A stretch of DNA of 64,000 nt from Diplonema japonicum (lineage: Eukaryota; Protista; Euglenozoa: Diplonemea): contig OZ025722.1 in NCBI GenBank assembly GCA_964019335.1, positions 310,001 through 374,000 of the forward strand, in the 5' to 3' direction. The translations under genes and the position numbers were made by a program. The stretch's first letter is position 1. Each line of letters starts with the position of its first letter. Positions 32,631-44,119 of this stretch are shown in pieces. The notes under the pieces are model-generated. The model saw only the letters and a list, made by a program, of their open reading frames with translations, was not told the origin of the DNA and searched no databases.

Positions 32631-33040
32631 TGTTGCAAATATTTATCTTTCAAAAAAAAAAATGATTTTATAACTATATGCAACTTTTTTTTTTTTGTGT
32701 CACTTTTGCAACTTTTTTTTCAAACAGCCACCGCAGGCACCAGACAGCAACCGCAGAACGGTGACCGATTAGTGTGCATTTCTACCTGAACAGTGAGCAC
32801 CCCCATGCACACTGATTTTTTTTGCTCGTGCGAACAACAAAGACATATAGTCATAAAGAATTGTTTTTTTTTTTTTTTACTAGGGGGCAGCAAGACATTT
32901 GGCCGCGTCTACGGTACGCAGCGACACCTCCCCTTAAGCGAGCCTAGGCACAAACAGACTTTTCAAACCAGGGGTAACATGAATTCGCATTTGGCTTCGG
33001 GAAAAAAAGAAAAAGATGCCCCCCCCCCCCCACCCTACCG
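32631..33040 (+). repeat. Stack of repeats: family D split by a family B LINE tail (32721-32815), followed by family A (32882-33040)
   Basis: Direct sequence matches to the other copies in the window. Confidence 0.8.
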
Positions 33041-33057
33041 TTCTCAGATAAGATCCC

Positions 33058-33345
33058 GATTTCATTGACGAGTGACGCTTAATATCACGAGCGAAGCGAG
33101 TGTTATAACGTTTAACGAGTCAAAACTAGTGAAATCATCAATCTTCTCTTCACAAATACGATATTTTATTTGACGACACGCAGCAGAATTTCAGTGTGTG
33201 GGGATGAGATATGTGTCTCGGCAGTGTGTATGATGCCCCCTGTGAGCATCAACACTGCATAGGCGTGGCGGCCTAATTTCTCTTTAGAAGCCTGAAGGAC
33301 CTCGCTCCCACACACGAAAAATTCTGCTGGAGTTGATTAAATAAA
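33058..33345. repeat. GA-mismatch hairpin (33058-33136) adjacent to a MITE-like fold-back with about 45-bp imperfect inverted ends (33164-33345)
   Basis: CACGAGCGAAGCGAGTG core; CAGCAGAATTTCAGTGTGTGGG pairs with CCCACACACGAAAAATTCTGCTG. Confidence 0.7.
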
Positions 33346-33951
33346 CCCTCCCCCTATTTTCAATTTTCGTTCTAACAATTATCTGCTATTTGTTCACGAG
33401 GAAAAAAAAAAAAAAAAAAAAAAGAGGCGGTGTTTTATGTTGTTAAATTGGGGGGGGGGGGGGGGGGGAGTCTTCGAGAGGGGAAAAAAAAAAAGAAAGA
33501 ATAACTCCACCGCTTATCCTGCTCAAAATAAAGAAAGAAAGAATAGCTATTTATAACACCATCAACACTTACCGTTATTTTGGACTTAATATGAAAACGG
33601 AAAAAAGTTCGGGGGGGGGGGGGGGGATCAATATTTCCGACCTTCGCCCTGCAACGGGGGGAGTCCCTTTTCACCAGCCCAAATTCGGTTTTCAAGTATT
33701 TTTCCCATTCGCATTAAGTCCAAATACGGTATAACTGAGCCATGTTCTAACTCGAGATTTCCTGAATTTCTTTTCAGGGAGGGAAGAAAAAAAAAAGAAT
33801 GTACATAATGGCTCTCTTGTAGTTCAAGTAGTTGTTCAAGTACCCGCCTTTGTCACTCACCGCCGCTCTCTCTGCCGGGTTCGAACTCAAATCGTGCCCT
33901 CAAGCGAGTGAAGAAAAATGACGAAACGAAAAAGGTATAGGACTTCTCCAT

Positions 33952-33983
<32 letters not shown>

Positions 33984-34210
33984 AAAAGTGATTTGTAAAA
34001 AACGGTTTTTTTTCTTCTTCTTCTTGAACAGTGTGCTACTCCCCCTGCACACTGAAATTTTATCTATTTTTTTTTTTTTTCTTGGGGCAACTGGACCAGG
34101 GTCTTCGGGCTTAGGTTTCAGTGTTTCGCAGTTTTTCTTTTCCTTTTTTCCCCCCTTTTTTTTTTTGTTGCTAACCACTTCGTTCCTATCATAGTGATTT
34201 TCTTTTTTCC

Positions 34211-34475
34211 AGGTGGTGGGGATAACATGGAAATATAAGAAAAACATCAGATGTGTTGTTCGCTGTTGACCTCCTCGTCGGTCATCACCGGTAGCGCCGA
34301 GTGGAAGAACGTAACGCAGATGCTCAGGGTGACGAACAGGCAGCAAACTGCACGAGCGCAGAATCTTGGTTACCCGGGACGTCCCGGCTGGGGTTGAGCT
34401 GTACACCGCACGCATTAAGGACACGACGCGGAACGCAGAAGAAGCTACAACTCGGCCGCCCCTGTAATCAAGTAG
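34211..34475 (+). repeat. Dispersed repeat family C, about 265 bp (inverted copy at 43610-43879)
   Basis: GGTGGTGGGGATAACATGG...CCCCTGTAATCAAGTAG matches the reverse complement of 43610-43879 with few differences. Confidence 0.9.
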
Positions 34476-35297
34476 ACAGTTCTTGTGCAGGGCGCCGCCA
34501 ACACCGGCCTCCTTTAACTCATATATATATATTTTTTTTGTTTTTGTTTTTGTTTCTTGTGGTGGGGAAACCTACTCTGTCCTTACACGGTTCAAACAGA
34601 AAAAAAGAAAGAAGAAGAAGAAAAAAACAGTATTCCCTCTTTTCTGATGGATGAGTTTTTTTTTCCCCCCCTCTTTCTTTCCTTTTTTTATGGCGGGACT
34701 TTTTTGTTGCTAACCACTTCGTTCCTATCATAGTGATTTTTTTTTTTTTTTTACAACAGGGTGCAACCAGCACTGGCCTCCTTTTTGTTTTACTTTTTGT
34801 TTTATTATTATTATTATTTTTTTTTTTTTACATGCACTCCCAGCGTGTTTTTTTATAGAAAGGTGGTTAGCTGTTGGAAATAGTTGGGAGGGAAAACGTA
34901 CTCCACCCAAAGGAAAAAAAATCTTTTTGTTACAAAATATATATTTTTTATAACTTATATGCAACTTTGTGCCGAGCAAAAAAAAAAAAAAAAAAAAAAA
35001 ACGTTCGCAGCTTTTTAAAAACCCTTTTGCTCGTGCGAACAACAAATTATTTTTTTGTATTTTTAACAAGTACTGGTCAGTTTCTTGGAAAAACAAAAAA
35101 AAAAAAAAAGAGTAGTAGTTAGAGGGGGGGGTCCTTTCCCCCTTAGTTCGGTCTTCCGTCGGCACTGCAGTCCAAGAGAGAGAGGGAGGGAAAAGGGGAG
35201 GGGAAGGGAAAGAACTCTTTTTCACCTTCAGTCTTCTCCTTCGAAGCACCAAGGAATTTCAAACAAATGGGGGTGGGAAAGAACTAAAATGTAGTTG

Positions 35298-35328
<31 letters not shown>

Positions 35329-35378
35329 TCAGGTGGGACTATAATTAAAAAGCTGTTCTATCAAAAGAAGAGTACTCC

Positions 35379-35498
35379 CTAAGGGGCCTGGGCACACCAG
35401 ATATGCATGGCTATGACAAGAGGCCCTTGTTCTCGTCCACCCAAATGTCAGAGACAGAAAGGCGAACACCGACGTGGGCACCAACTACGGCGCACTGC
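35379..35498 (+). mobile_element. Diverged fragment of the family B LINE ORF
   Basis: Translates LRGLGTPDMHGYDKRPLFSSTQ, versus LRHLGGPTTHGYDRRPLFSSSQ at about 25856-25921. Confidence 0.65.
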
Positions 35499-35714
35499 AA
35501 AAAAGAAAAAAAAAAGAAATAGATCGAGTTTTTTTTTGTTTTTTTTTTTTTTCTCTATTTGCTGTTTACACCCCCGCTGCCCCCCCGTCCTTCCCTTTTT
35601 TTTTTGTCCAAAAAGAAAATTCAAAACGAAAAAAAAGGGGGGGGGGGGAAAACGAAAATGAACTCTTTTACAATTTGACAGTTCTTGTGGCAGGGCGCCG
35701 CCAACACCGGCTTC

Positions 35715-35759
<45 letters not shown>

Positions 35760-36387
35760 CCTTTCTAAAAACATATCTTGTTTTGTTTTCTTTTTTTTTT
35801 TCTTTGTTCTTTAAGTAACTCCCCCATCCTTCCCCCACACCAATACCCGTCCCCCTTGGCAGCCAGTCTTAGAAAGAGCAGTGCTCACTTTCCCCCCCCC
35901 ACTTTTTTATATTTTTTTCCAAAAGGAATTTAACCTGATGCACGCGGCGACCTATCTATCTCCGGGGGGGGGGGGGCAATTTTGCAATTTTGATCCTGGG
36001 TGGAGTAAAAACGGGCAGCGTACAGCAATAAGTACCCGTAACCATAACCAAGGAACGGTTTAAGGTCAGAGCAGTCAAAAGGGGCCTCGGGAGATCCAGG
36101 ACTGATTTGTTGGAAGAAAGAAAAAAAAAGCAAAATAAGGCCAACGGGGAGAGTGCGTGGAGCGATGTTTTTGAAGCCTGTAGCAAACCATTGGGGGTTC
36201 AGCCTCGGAGGTCTCCGCGCGCGCGCGTCTTTCCTTTTTTTTTTTTATTGAAAATACTCCCCTTTTTTGGCCCTAAATTCAGGTTTCTCCCCAAAGTTCA
36301 AAAAATATTGTTTCTTTGAAGAGAGGGGGTTGGTAGAGGTTCAAAAGTACTCAGCTTCAGGAGCCCCCACCTTCCAAAAAAAAAAAA

Positions 36388-38913
36388 ATGGTGATGAAGC
36401 TGTCAGTGGCGCTGACGTCGTTGTCGTCATGCGGCATTCTCCTTGCAGCGGGCCTCACAGCGTACCTGACACTAAGCTTGTCAGAACAGATACAAAACGA
36501 CTTGGAGGACAGCAGGGACAAGGGCGTGGCACTATGCTTCGAGAGGGGGAACGAGAACGGAATCAAACTCGGCGGGGAGTTAGTGTCGAGCTCCATGGAG
36601 CTGTTGAAGTTGGACATGGAGAGCTTGTTCAGAAAGCCCGCTGTGATGGTTGAAACAACGATGAACTTACTTCTACTAGGACCTATCTCAGCGCAGGGGT
36701 TCAATGACTTCCGACGCCTGCAGTGGGGCTTGTTCGCGCCACAGATGAAGGCAGGCATCACGGAGATCGCATTAACGATGAGCTTAAACAACCGGACGAA
36801 CTACTTCCTCTCTTATGAGTTTGACCAAACACGCACGAACCCCCGCCCTTATGGTGCACACGCTCCGTTCTGTGCCGAAGTCGAGGAACTGCCCTTCCTC
36901 GAACTGTTCACCACACCATACGGTAAGAACTTCAAGGTATATTGGGGAAGCTGTGGACAAGACGGGCAGATCATCCGTCTAGACGGCAACGACACAAAAT
37001 GTGATTACAGTCGTTCGCCCATTGGGCGGTGCAGGGTGACAGGCGATATTGGATTCGCCGCACCACAGTTTCTGGCCGCGACGGAGAAGCGTAACTCCGC
37101 AACACCTGTAGTCATGTGGGCTCCTTTGGAACGTGCTAAGGGGTCTATCGACTCCATATCCGCTTTCGTTTCCTACCGTGCCGACCCTTCCCTCCCCTTC
37201 GCGCAGAACTCTGCCTGGTTCACCACCGCTGCCGGGATCGATTTGCTTGCGCTGCAGACCTACCTCAAAATCACGAACTTCGAAGGGGAGCGTCGGTACA
37301 TCGCGTACGTGAACCCTTGGGAAGGGGGCTGGGAGCTGCTGGCCCTGTCGCACGGCGACGCGCACCAGCCGACGATGACGAACATCACGGACCCCTTGAT
37401 CGCAGAGCACATCAACATCACACACTTCTCAAACGGTTCAGACGGCTTCACAACGTTGTTCAAAGAAGATCGTGAAACTATAACCTGGATCCACAACGGG
37501 GAGAAGTACTGGGCGAAGACGACAAACGTCCCCATCCTCGGAGGGCTGCAGGTGGGGCTCGCCGTGCTGGTCCCGCACGCCGAGGCACTCGCAACGATAA
37601 CCAACGCGACGGACATGGTGCAGTCGCAGATAGCACAGGAGAACAAGGATGTGGAGGACAAGCAGGACTTCATGCGGGGCACCTTGATCCCCGCTGTGAT
37701 GGTGCCTATGGTGTTTGTTCTCATCTCGGTGTTTGTTTTCTTCGCGTACAAGATCACGAGGCCGCTGGCGGTTCTTGCAGGGAACATGTCGCGTGTGAGC
37801 TCCATGGACCTGAACGGGATCGACAAGGACATCCCCATCTCCGCCATCGACGAGGTGGGCGCCATGCAGCGCTCTTTCATCCACATGTACGAGTCCATCG
37901 TGGAGTACAGGAACTACTTACCGGTCTCCATGCTTGACCAGCTGGCGGTTTCTTCAGACGACGAAGCGGACAAGAAATCCACAGATCAGAGGCACAAACC
38001 GTCGGGCGGATCTTCGATGACCTCCTCTGCGTACACCACACCCGACTACGGCACAGTGGGAGGGACAAGCAGCGGGGGGGGCGCAGCAGCGCTTCACGAC
38101 CAGATGCTGCGCAAGCGGCGGGTGACCATAACAGTGACGAATGTCTGCGACTGGCACAACAGGTTCGACACAGAGGCAGAGATGCTGGATTGCTTCAACA
38201 ACCTCCTCCCACACGTACTGAAGGTGTACACGACGCACTGCGGCACCCCCGACACCTTCTGCGGGGACCGCATGATGTGCTCCTTCAACGCTGTCCGCCC
38301 AATGTCGACACACTGCGTCGCTGCATGCAAAGCTATTCAAGGTGTGCAGCAACTGTGTCAGACGGTAGATGGGAGTCCTTTACGTCTGACGGCTGGGGTG
38401 GCAACAGGGCAGGTTCTTGTGGGGAATGTTGGGTGTGAAGGGATGAAGAAGTTCTCGATCTTTGGGACACGTGTGACGACGGTGTACGCACTGGAGAGGT
38501 ACTCGAGGCATGTGAACGCAACAGTAGCATGCAGCACGGCAGCCTTCAAAGAGGCGGAGACATCGTTCTATTTCCGAATGTTGGACAATGTGCTCTTCCG
38601 GAAGGCGAACCCACTTCCCACACCTGTCTACGAGCTGTGCCACCCTCGCATGTCCACAGCAGGCGACTCGGAATGGATGTACCAGATGCAGGAGGGTGCC
38701 TTTGCGGATCCTTGGCACCCTTGGAACAAGGCTTTCATGTTTATAATATCCAGCCCCCCCGACTGGGCTGGTGCGGAAGCGCTGATTGATGCGATCTCGA
38801 AAATCCCACACGAGGAGACGACATACAAGAAGGCACAGGACATCGCAAAGAACAGGCTTGTGAACTGCATTAGGGGAAGGGAGTACCAAACAGTTGAGAT
38901 CCTCTTTCACTAG
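36388..38913 (+). CDS. Receptor-type class III nucleotidyl cyclase-like protein, paralog 2
   Basis: Same architecture as 28121-30673, with long identical nucleotide blocks. Confidence 0.87.
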   Translation: MVMKLSVALTSLSSCGILLAAGLTAYLTLSLSEQIQNDLEDSRDKGVALCFERGNENGIKLGGELVSSSMELLKLDMESLFRKPAVMVETTMNLLLLGPISAQGFNDFRRLQWGLFAPQMKAGITEIALTMSLNNRTNYFLSYEFDQTRTNPRPYGAHAPFCAEVEELPFLELFTTPYGKNFKVYWGSCGQDGQIIRLDGNDTKCDYSRSPIGRCRVTGDIGFAAPQFLAATEKRNSATPVVMWAPLERAKGSIDSISAFVSYRADPSLPFAQNSAWFTTAAGIDLLALQTYLKITNFEGERRYIAYVNPWEGGWELLALSHGDAHQPTMTNITDPLIAEHINITHFSNGSDGFTTLFKEDRETITWIHNGEKYWAKTTNVPILGGLQVGLAVLVPHAEALATITNATDMVQSQIAQENKDVEDKQDFMRGTLIPAVMVPMVFVLISVFVFFAYKITRPLAVLAGNMSRVSSMDLNGIDKDIPISAIDEVGAMQRSFIHMYESIVEYRNYLPVSMLDQLAVSSDDEADKKSTDQRHKPSGGSSMTSSAYTTPDYGTVGGTSSGGGAAALHDQMLRKRRVTITVTNVCDWHNRFDTEAEMLDCFNNLLPHVLKVYTTHCGTPDTFCGDRMMCSFNAVRPMSTHCVAACKAIQGVQQLCQTVDGSPLRLTAGVATGQVLVGNVGCEGMKKFSIFGTRVTTVYALERYSRHVNATVACSTAAFKEAETSFYFRMLDNVLFRKANPLPTPVYELCHPRMSTAGDSEWMYQMQEGAFADPWHPWNKAFMFIISSPPDWAGAEALIDAISKIPHEETTYKKAQDIAKNRLVNCIRGREYQTVEILFH

Positions 38914-39118
38914 TTTTTTTTTTTTTTTGTTTTAACAATATTATTGTCGAGACTAAAAACTAGTTGATGGCAGCGTAATGAGCTATTTTATTAGTAAAAT
39001 TCCGCTCGTGCGCACAAACAAATGGAGCGCCAAACTAGTTTTTTTTTGTTTTTTTTTTTTTCAGGGAAAAAAAAAAAAAAAAAAAAAGAGCCAACAATCA
39101 ACGGACTTTTTTTTTTTT

Positions 39119-39149
<31 letters not shown>

Positions 39150-39823
39150 GCGAGAGAAACAAAACAATACAAAAAAAGAAAAAGAAAAAGAAAAGGGAAT
39201 AGTGTGAATGTATTCTCAATAAAAAAACCGTGGGTTATTCCCTCCCCCGAAGAGCAGGAAGAAGAAAGAAATGCTTGCGTAAAGGGGTTTTTCTTGCATT
39301 ATTTTTTTCTTGAGGGAAAAGTGGAAAGTTCCCTTTTGGACAAAGCCGTGTCACATTATCTAGGAAGAGAGCTTTATAAGAGTTAAATTCACAATAGCAA
39401 AAAAGAAAAGAAAGAAAACATAATAGCTGTGAAGCGAAAAAAAATCCGGAAGAAAAAAAAAAAAGAAATATCCGAGCTTTTGTGGGGTTTGTCACTGCGA
39501 CATGTTTCTCTTTCGGCATTTTTCTCCACCTTATGGGCAGAACACTATCTTCAAGAAGGGCCTTTGTATGTCAGCTTCAGAGGCAGAATGTGTGGACCCT
39601 TGGCGTCCTTTGGGTACCCGCTTCGTTGGGGGTTTTGAAAAATGAGGAGTAGTACCCTCCCCAAGCCGAAAATGCCGGTGGAGAAAAATATCCGGTTTTT
39701 TTTTTCTTCGCCTTACAGTAATTTTCCATTTCCACCCAAACAATGGCCTCGTGTTTTTTCTTTTTCTTTTTTTTTTTTTTTTTCTCAGGCGTCCTGCCAC
39801 ATACCGCAGGTACCCTTAAATGT

Positions 39824-39860
<37 letters not shown>

Positions 39861-41174
39861 GAAATCAAAAAAAAAAGAAAAAGAAAATGTCACAAAAAAA
39901 AGAAAGAAAAAAAGAAACAGAAATAAAAAAAAGGCAGGGGGGAAAAAAAAAGGAAAAGAAAAAGCCCTTCCCCCCCCCCCCCCCTCTCCTGTCTAACAAC
40001 TTGCATTCCTCCTTACGTACGATCACAAGAAAAGTTCCCCAAAAAAAAGAATCATCTCTTTTTTTTTTTTTTTTTGGGATGGTTTTCTATATTTTATGTC
40101 GTCTCCCCCCCCCCCCCCCCCCCACTCAACGGTGTTTTGCTTACACAGAATCTCAAACAGAATGTGATGCAAGGTTTGGGGACCCAATTTCACTCTGCGG
40201 CCAAAACGTTTTCAGTACGGAATAGAACAAAACGAAGAAAAAAGAAAATGTTGGCCCTCCAAAGAACCCCCCCCCCCCCCCCCCCAATTCGAACCGTTGT
40301 GGAAGGGGAAAAAAAAAAAGAAGAAGAAACTGGGCAACGGAGAGAAGAAGATTAAAGTGTCCGTTTGCAGCGGACATGCCGATGAGGTGAACCCGCTGTT
40401 GAATGGGGATAGGGGGGCGTCTCAGGGACTTTAACTCAATCTCTATCTGATATTTTTTCCACCCCCCCCCCCCCCCCCTCGATTCTCAGAGGCCCGTTAA
40501 AGAGGCTCAATATCCCTGCTGTGCTCTGTGGCAACGCTCCCCCCCACTCTCTCTTATTTTATAAATTCTGAACGAGGTGGGGCAGTTGTTTAACAGTTCT
40601 TTGTTTTTTTTTTTTTTTTTTTTTTTTTTTTGTTTTCTTATCCTTCTTTGTTTTTGTTTGTTTGCTTGTTTTTTTTTTCTACACCCCCCTTCGTCACCCA
40701 CGTAATGACCCTTTCTTTTTTTTTTCTGCATTGGCGAAAAGGAAAAAAAAAAAAAACGGGAAAAAAAAGAGGGGGGAAAAAAATTTTTTTTAAAGAGGGT
40801 TTCATTCATGCACTGGAGATTAGCTTTTTTAATGAAGCCCCTCATATTTTTAAACAAATAAAAATAAAAAAAAAAAGATCTCGATTCCCGAAATTTCGAA
40901 CTGGTGTCCAAAATATCTTTTTTTTTTTTTTTTTTTTTTCCATCAAATATTATTAATCCTCTAATATTATTATTAGCAATTTGGTCAAGTGCAGTGAATG
41001 TCTCAAATGACGAATGGGTGTGAAAAAAAAAAAAAAAAAAAAAAAATGGAAACTCTAGTTAAGATTATAGTTCTTTTTTTTTTGTTGTTTGTGGCCGGGA
41101 AGTACTCTCCAAATCTGCTGGGGCACTAGTAGGAGCCATTGAAGGGTGCCTCTCGCCTGATGAGGTCAGCACCT

Positions 41175-41288
41175 GAGGAGCCGCGAGATATGACCGAAAC
41201 TGAGAGCTACCTAGTACTGACCACACCCCTTCCCCCTTTTAGGGCATGCGGCTTTCGTCTCGGGGGCTTGCATGTTAGTTTGAGTTTT
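41175..41288 (+). repeat. Repeat family F copy
   Basis: Matches 31810-31922. Confidence 0.85.
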
Positions 41289-41404
41289 GTTTTTGTTTTC
41301 TTCTTCTCTTTTTTTTTTTTTTTTTTTCCCGTTCCTCCCTTTTTTTTTTTTTTTTTTCAGAAATCGCACACCCCCCGTGCCACGAACACTGTAAAGTGAA
41401 AAAC

Positions 41405-41435
<31 letters not shown>

Positions 41436-41745
41436 CCCATAAATTGTCTCTCTTTTTTTTCTTTTTTCTTCCGGTCGGGAATACTGGAAGTTGTCGCGCC
41501 AGAAATGGGCTTGTGCATCATCTGCGCCAGACAGCAAGCCGCTTTATGAACTCCTGCACACTGAGAATGCTATCGATTTTTTAGAGAGGTGGGGGGGGGG
41601 GGGGAGAGAAAAAAAAGAATCTTCTTGAAGGGAACTCGAGGAGCTTCTGGGGGAAAAAAAAAAAGAAATACATTATGTGAACAAGCCTATCGACACCTAT
41701 AGTCGTTGAGGGGAGGATAAGTGCCCGAAATATTCTTTTTTTTTT

Positions 41746-41777
<32 letters not shown>

Positions 41778-42185
41778 TTTTGAGAATTATCGAAGCAAGA
41801 GCTTTCCCCTCCCCTTCCCCATCATGTGAGTTATTTTCCCCACTATCCACCTGGGTGCCCTGTGGCCCCGCGTGAACCTATGCACCTTCTGATTGATCTA
41901 GAAAAGGTGGCTCTCCCGGTGGGGTGGGTAGAGAAAAAAAAAAAAGAATAGAAAAGAAAGTCCTACTTTATCTTAAAAGATTACGAGGTTTTTTTTTTTT
42001 AAGACAAAAAAAAAGGGGGGGGGGGGGAAGAGAGGGAAAAAAAAAACAAAATCTATTTATTTTTTAAGTCTTTTTGGAGAAGAATATTTCTAGACGACCC
42101 ATATCCCGGGGAGAAAGTCCATGAAACCTAAAAGTCTAAAACCCATTAAGCAGGGTCTTAAATGGCTGAGAGAAGTTAACTGCTA

Positions 42186-42226
<41 letters not shown>

Positions 42227-42317
42227 TAAAGTTGGGGGTTGTGGCTGTAATTTTTCTCCCCTTTTTTTTCGTTCTCTTCTCTGCATTCGCTTCAATGATC
42301 CTTCAAAAAAAAAAAAG

Positions 42318-42350
<33 letters not shown>

Positions 42351-43609
42351 AAAGAAGAGAGAGGTAGAAGAAATATTGTAATGACTAGTATGATATTTTA
42401 CTTAACTTTTGCAAAGTTAAATGAGGAAATTTCGGATTCTTGTGAACCCTTTATGTTCATTTCTGCGGGATATTCACATTGATGTAAACTAAGCCTGATT
42501 GCCTGAGACGGACGATGTCAAATTGACAGAATTCTGTAGGTTTTGTGTAATTTGTGTCGGCACTTGATCATAGCTCTTCAGAAACTGCTGGTTTTGTGCA
42601 GGGGCTTGATCAGATCTGACTTCCAGCCAAAATAGCAGGTTCCTTCATCAACAAGGTATTGTGCAAAAGAACGTCTGTATGCATGGCCAGTGTAATTTTC
42701 GGCATTTGCCAGCCTCAGGTGTGATGTTTGGTGGCTCGGTGGTAAAGTGCCCGAAAATTGCTCAGAGTAAAAATCAGATTTTACTGCACTTTTTTAAGCC
42801 AAATTCGGCCTATTACTTTGCATTTATTCTTCACTTTGCATTTACTTTTATGGCTCTTTAGAAATTTCCTCATGTTACTTTGCGGAATTAAATAGGGGGA
42901 AAAAAAAAAAAAAATGACAAATAGAAAGAAACAATTGAAAAATAAAAGGGGGGAGGGAAAAAAAAAAAGAAGAAACACGGATACACGCGTGGCGTAATCT
43001 TTCCCACGAAATTATTTCGCTCCACCTTCTTTTTTTTTTTTTTTTCTCTCTCTTTTTTTTTTTTTTTTAATTCTTACTTACAGTGTTATGGGAGAAATAG
43101 CTATTTACTTACTGAACCTCAAAAAGTTTCCCGATTTACCACCGACGTCCGTGGTAAAAATACGGAGCCGAGAGAGGCAAATGTAGGGTTTCCTGGTGGT
43201 TGAAGTGTTACGTTTTTAAGGTTTTTAGAAGAAAAAGAAAATAAAGAAAATAAATATAACCCCCCCCCCCCTCCATCAATAATAAGTTCAAGCCCCGCTT
43301 TTTTATTTTTTTGCTCCCCCTCCCCCTCTCTTCTTTGTCCGAGCCAACAAGCGGCCTTTCAAGCAGGTACTTTCTTTTTTTTGTTCAAGTGTCTTGGAAA
43401 GGAATAGAAGGAAAGGAGAAAAAAAAAAAAAAAAGAGGAGATAGTGAAACCGAAAGGGCGCGTGTGCTGGAAAAAAAAAAAAAAAAAATACACCTAAGGA
43501 CGTCGTCGTCTATTATTATTCCTACACATATGCGACAACTCTACAAAAAAAAATGGGGCTTTGATTGCAACACTAGGTGGCGTTAAGCGTGCAACGAAGC
43601 ACGAAATAC

Positions 43610-43879
43610 CTACTTGATTACAGGGGGCGCTCCTCGGCCGAGCAGTAGCTTCTTCTGCGTTCCGCGTCGTGTCCTTAATGCATGCGGTGTGCTCAACCTA
43701 GCCGGGGCGTCCCGGGTAACCAAGATTCTGCGCTCGTGCAGTTTGCTGCCTGTTCGTCACCCTGAGCATCTGCGATACGTTCTTCCACTCGGGCGCTACC
43801 GGTGATGACCGACGAGGAGGTCAACAGCGAACAACACATCTGATGTACTTCTTATATTTCCATGTTATCCCCACCACCT
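43610..43879 (-). repeat. Repeat family C copy (inverted)
   Basis: Reverse complement of 34211-34475. Confidence 0.9.
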
Positions 43880-44032
43880 AAAAAAAAAAAACAAAAAAAA
43901 AAAAAGAAAGAAAAATAAGAAATCCAAAAAAAAAAAAGTTTTTTTTTTTTTTTTTTTTTTTTTCCAAGCTGTATTCACTTGAAATTTCGGCAATTTTTCA
44001 TAATAAATAACTACTGTATTTTTCTTTTTGCT

Positions 44033-44119
44033 ACCGCAGAACGGTGACCGATTAATGTGAATTTCTTCCTGAACAGTGGCGCACCCCCCCCCCCCCCCCC
44101 CCCCCCCCATGCACACTGA
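44033..44119 (+). repeat. Family B LINE 3' tail copy with an expanded C-run
   Basis: ACCGCAGAACGGTGACCGATTA.TGTGAATTTCT...ATGCACACTGA. Confidence 0.8.

Noticed and set aside
33873-33890. Isolated B-box-like GGGTTCGAACTC
   Set aside because: No matching A-box or cloverleaf nearby.
42480-42760. Homopolymer-poor island that might be an exon or TE relic
   Set aside because: No sustained open frame or recognisable motif on either strand.
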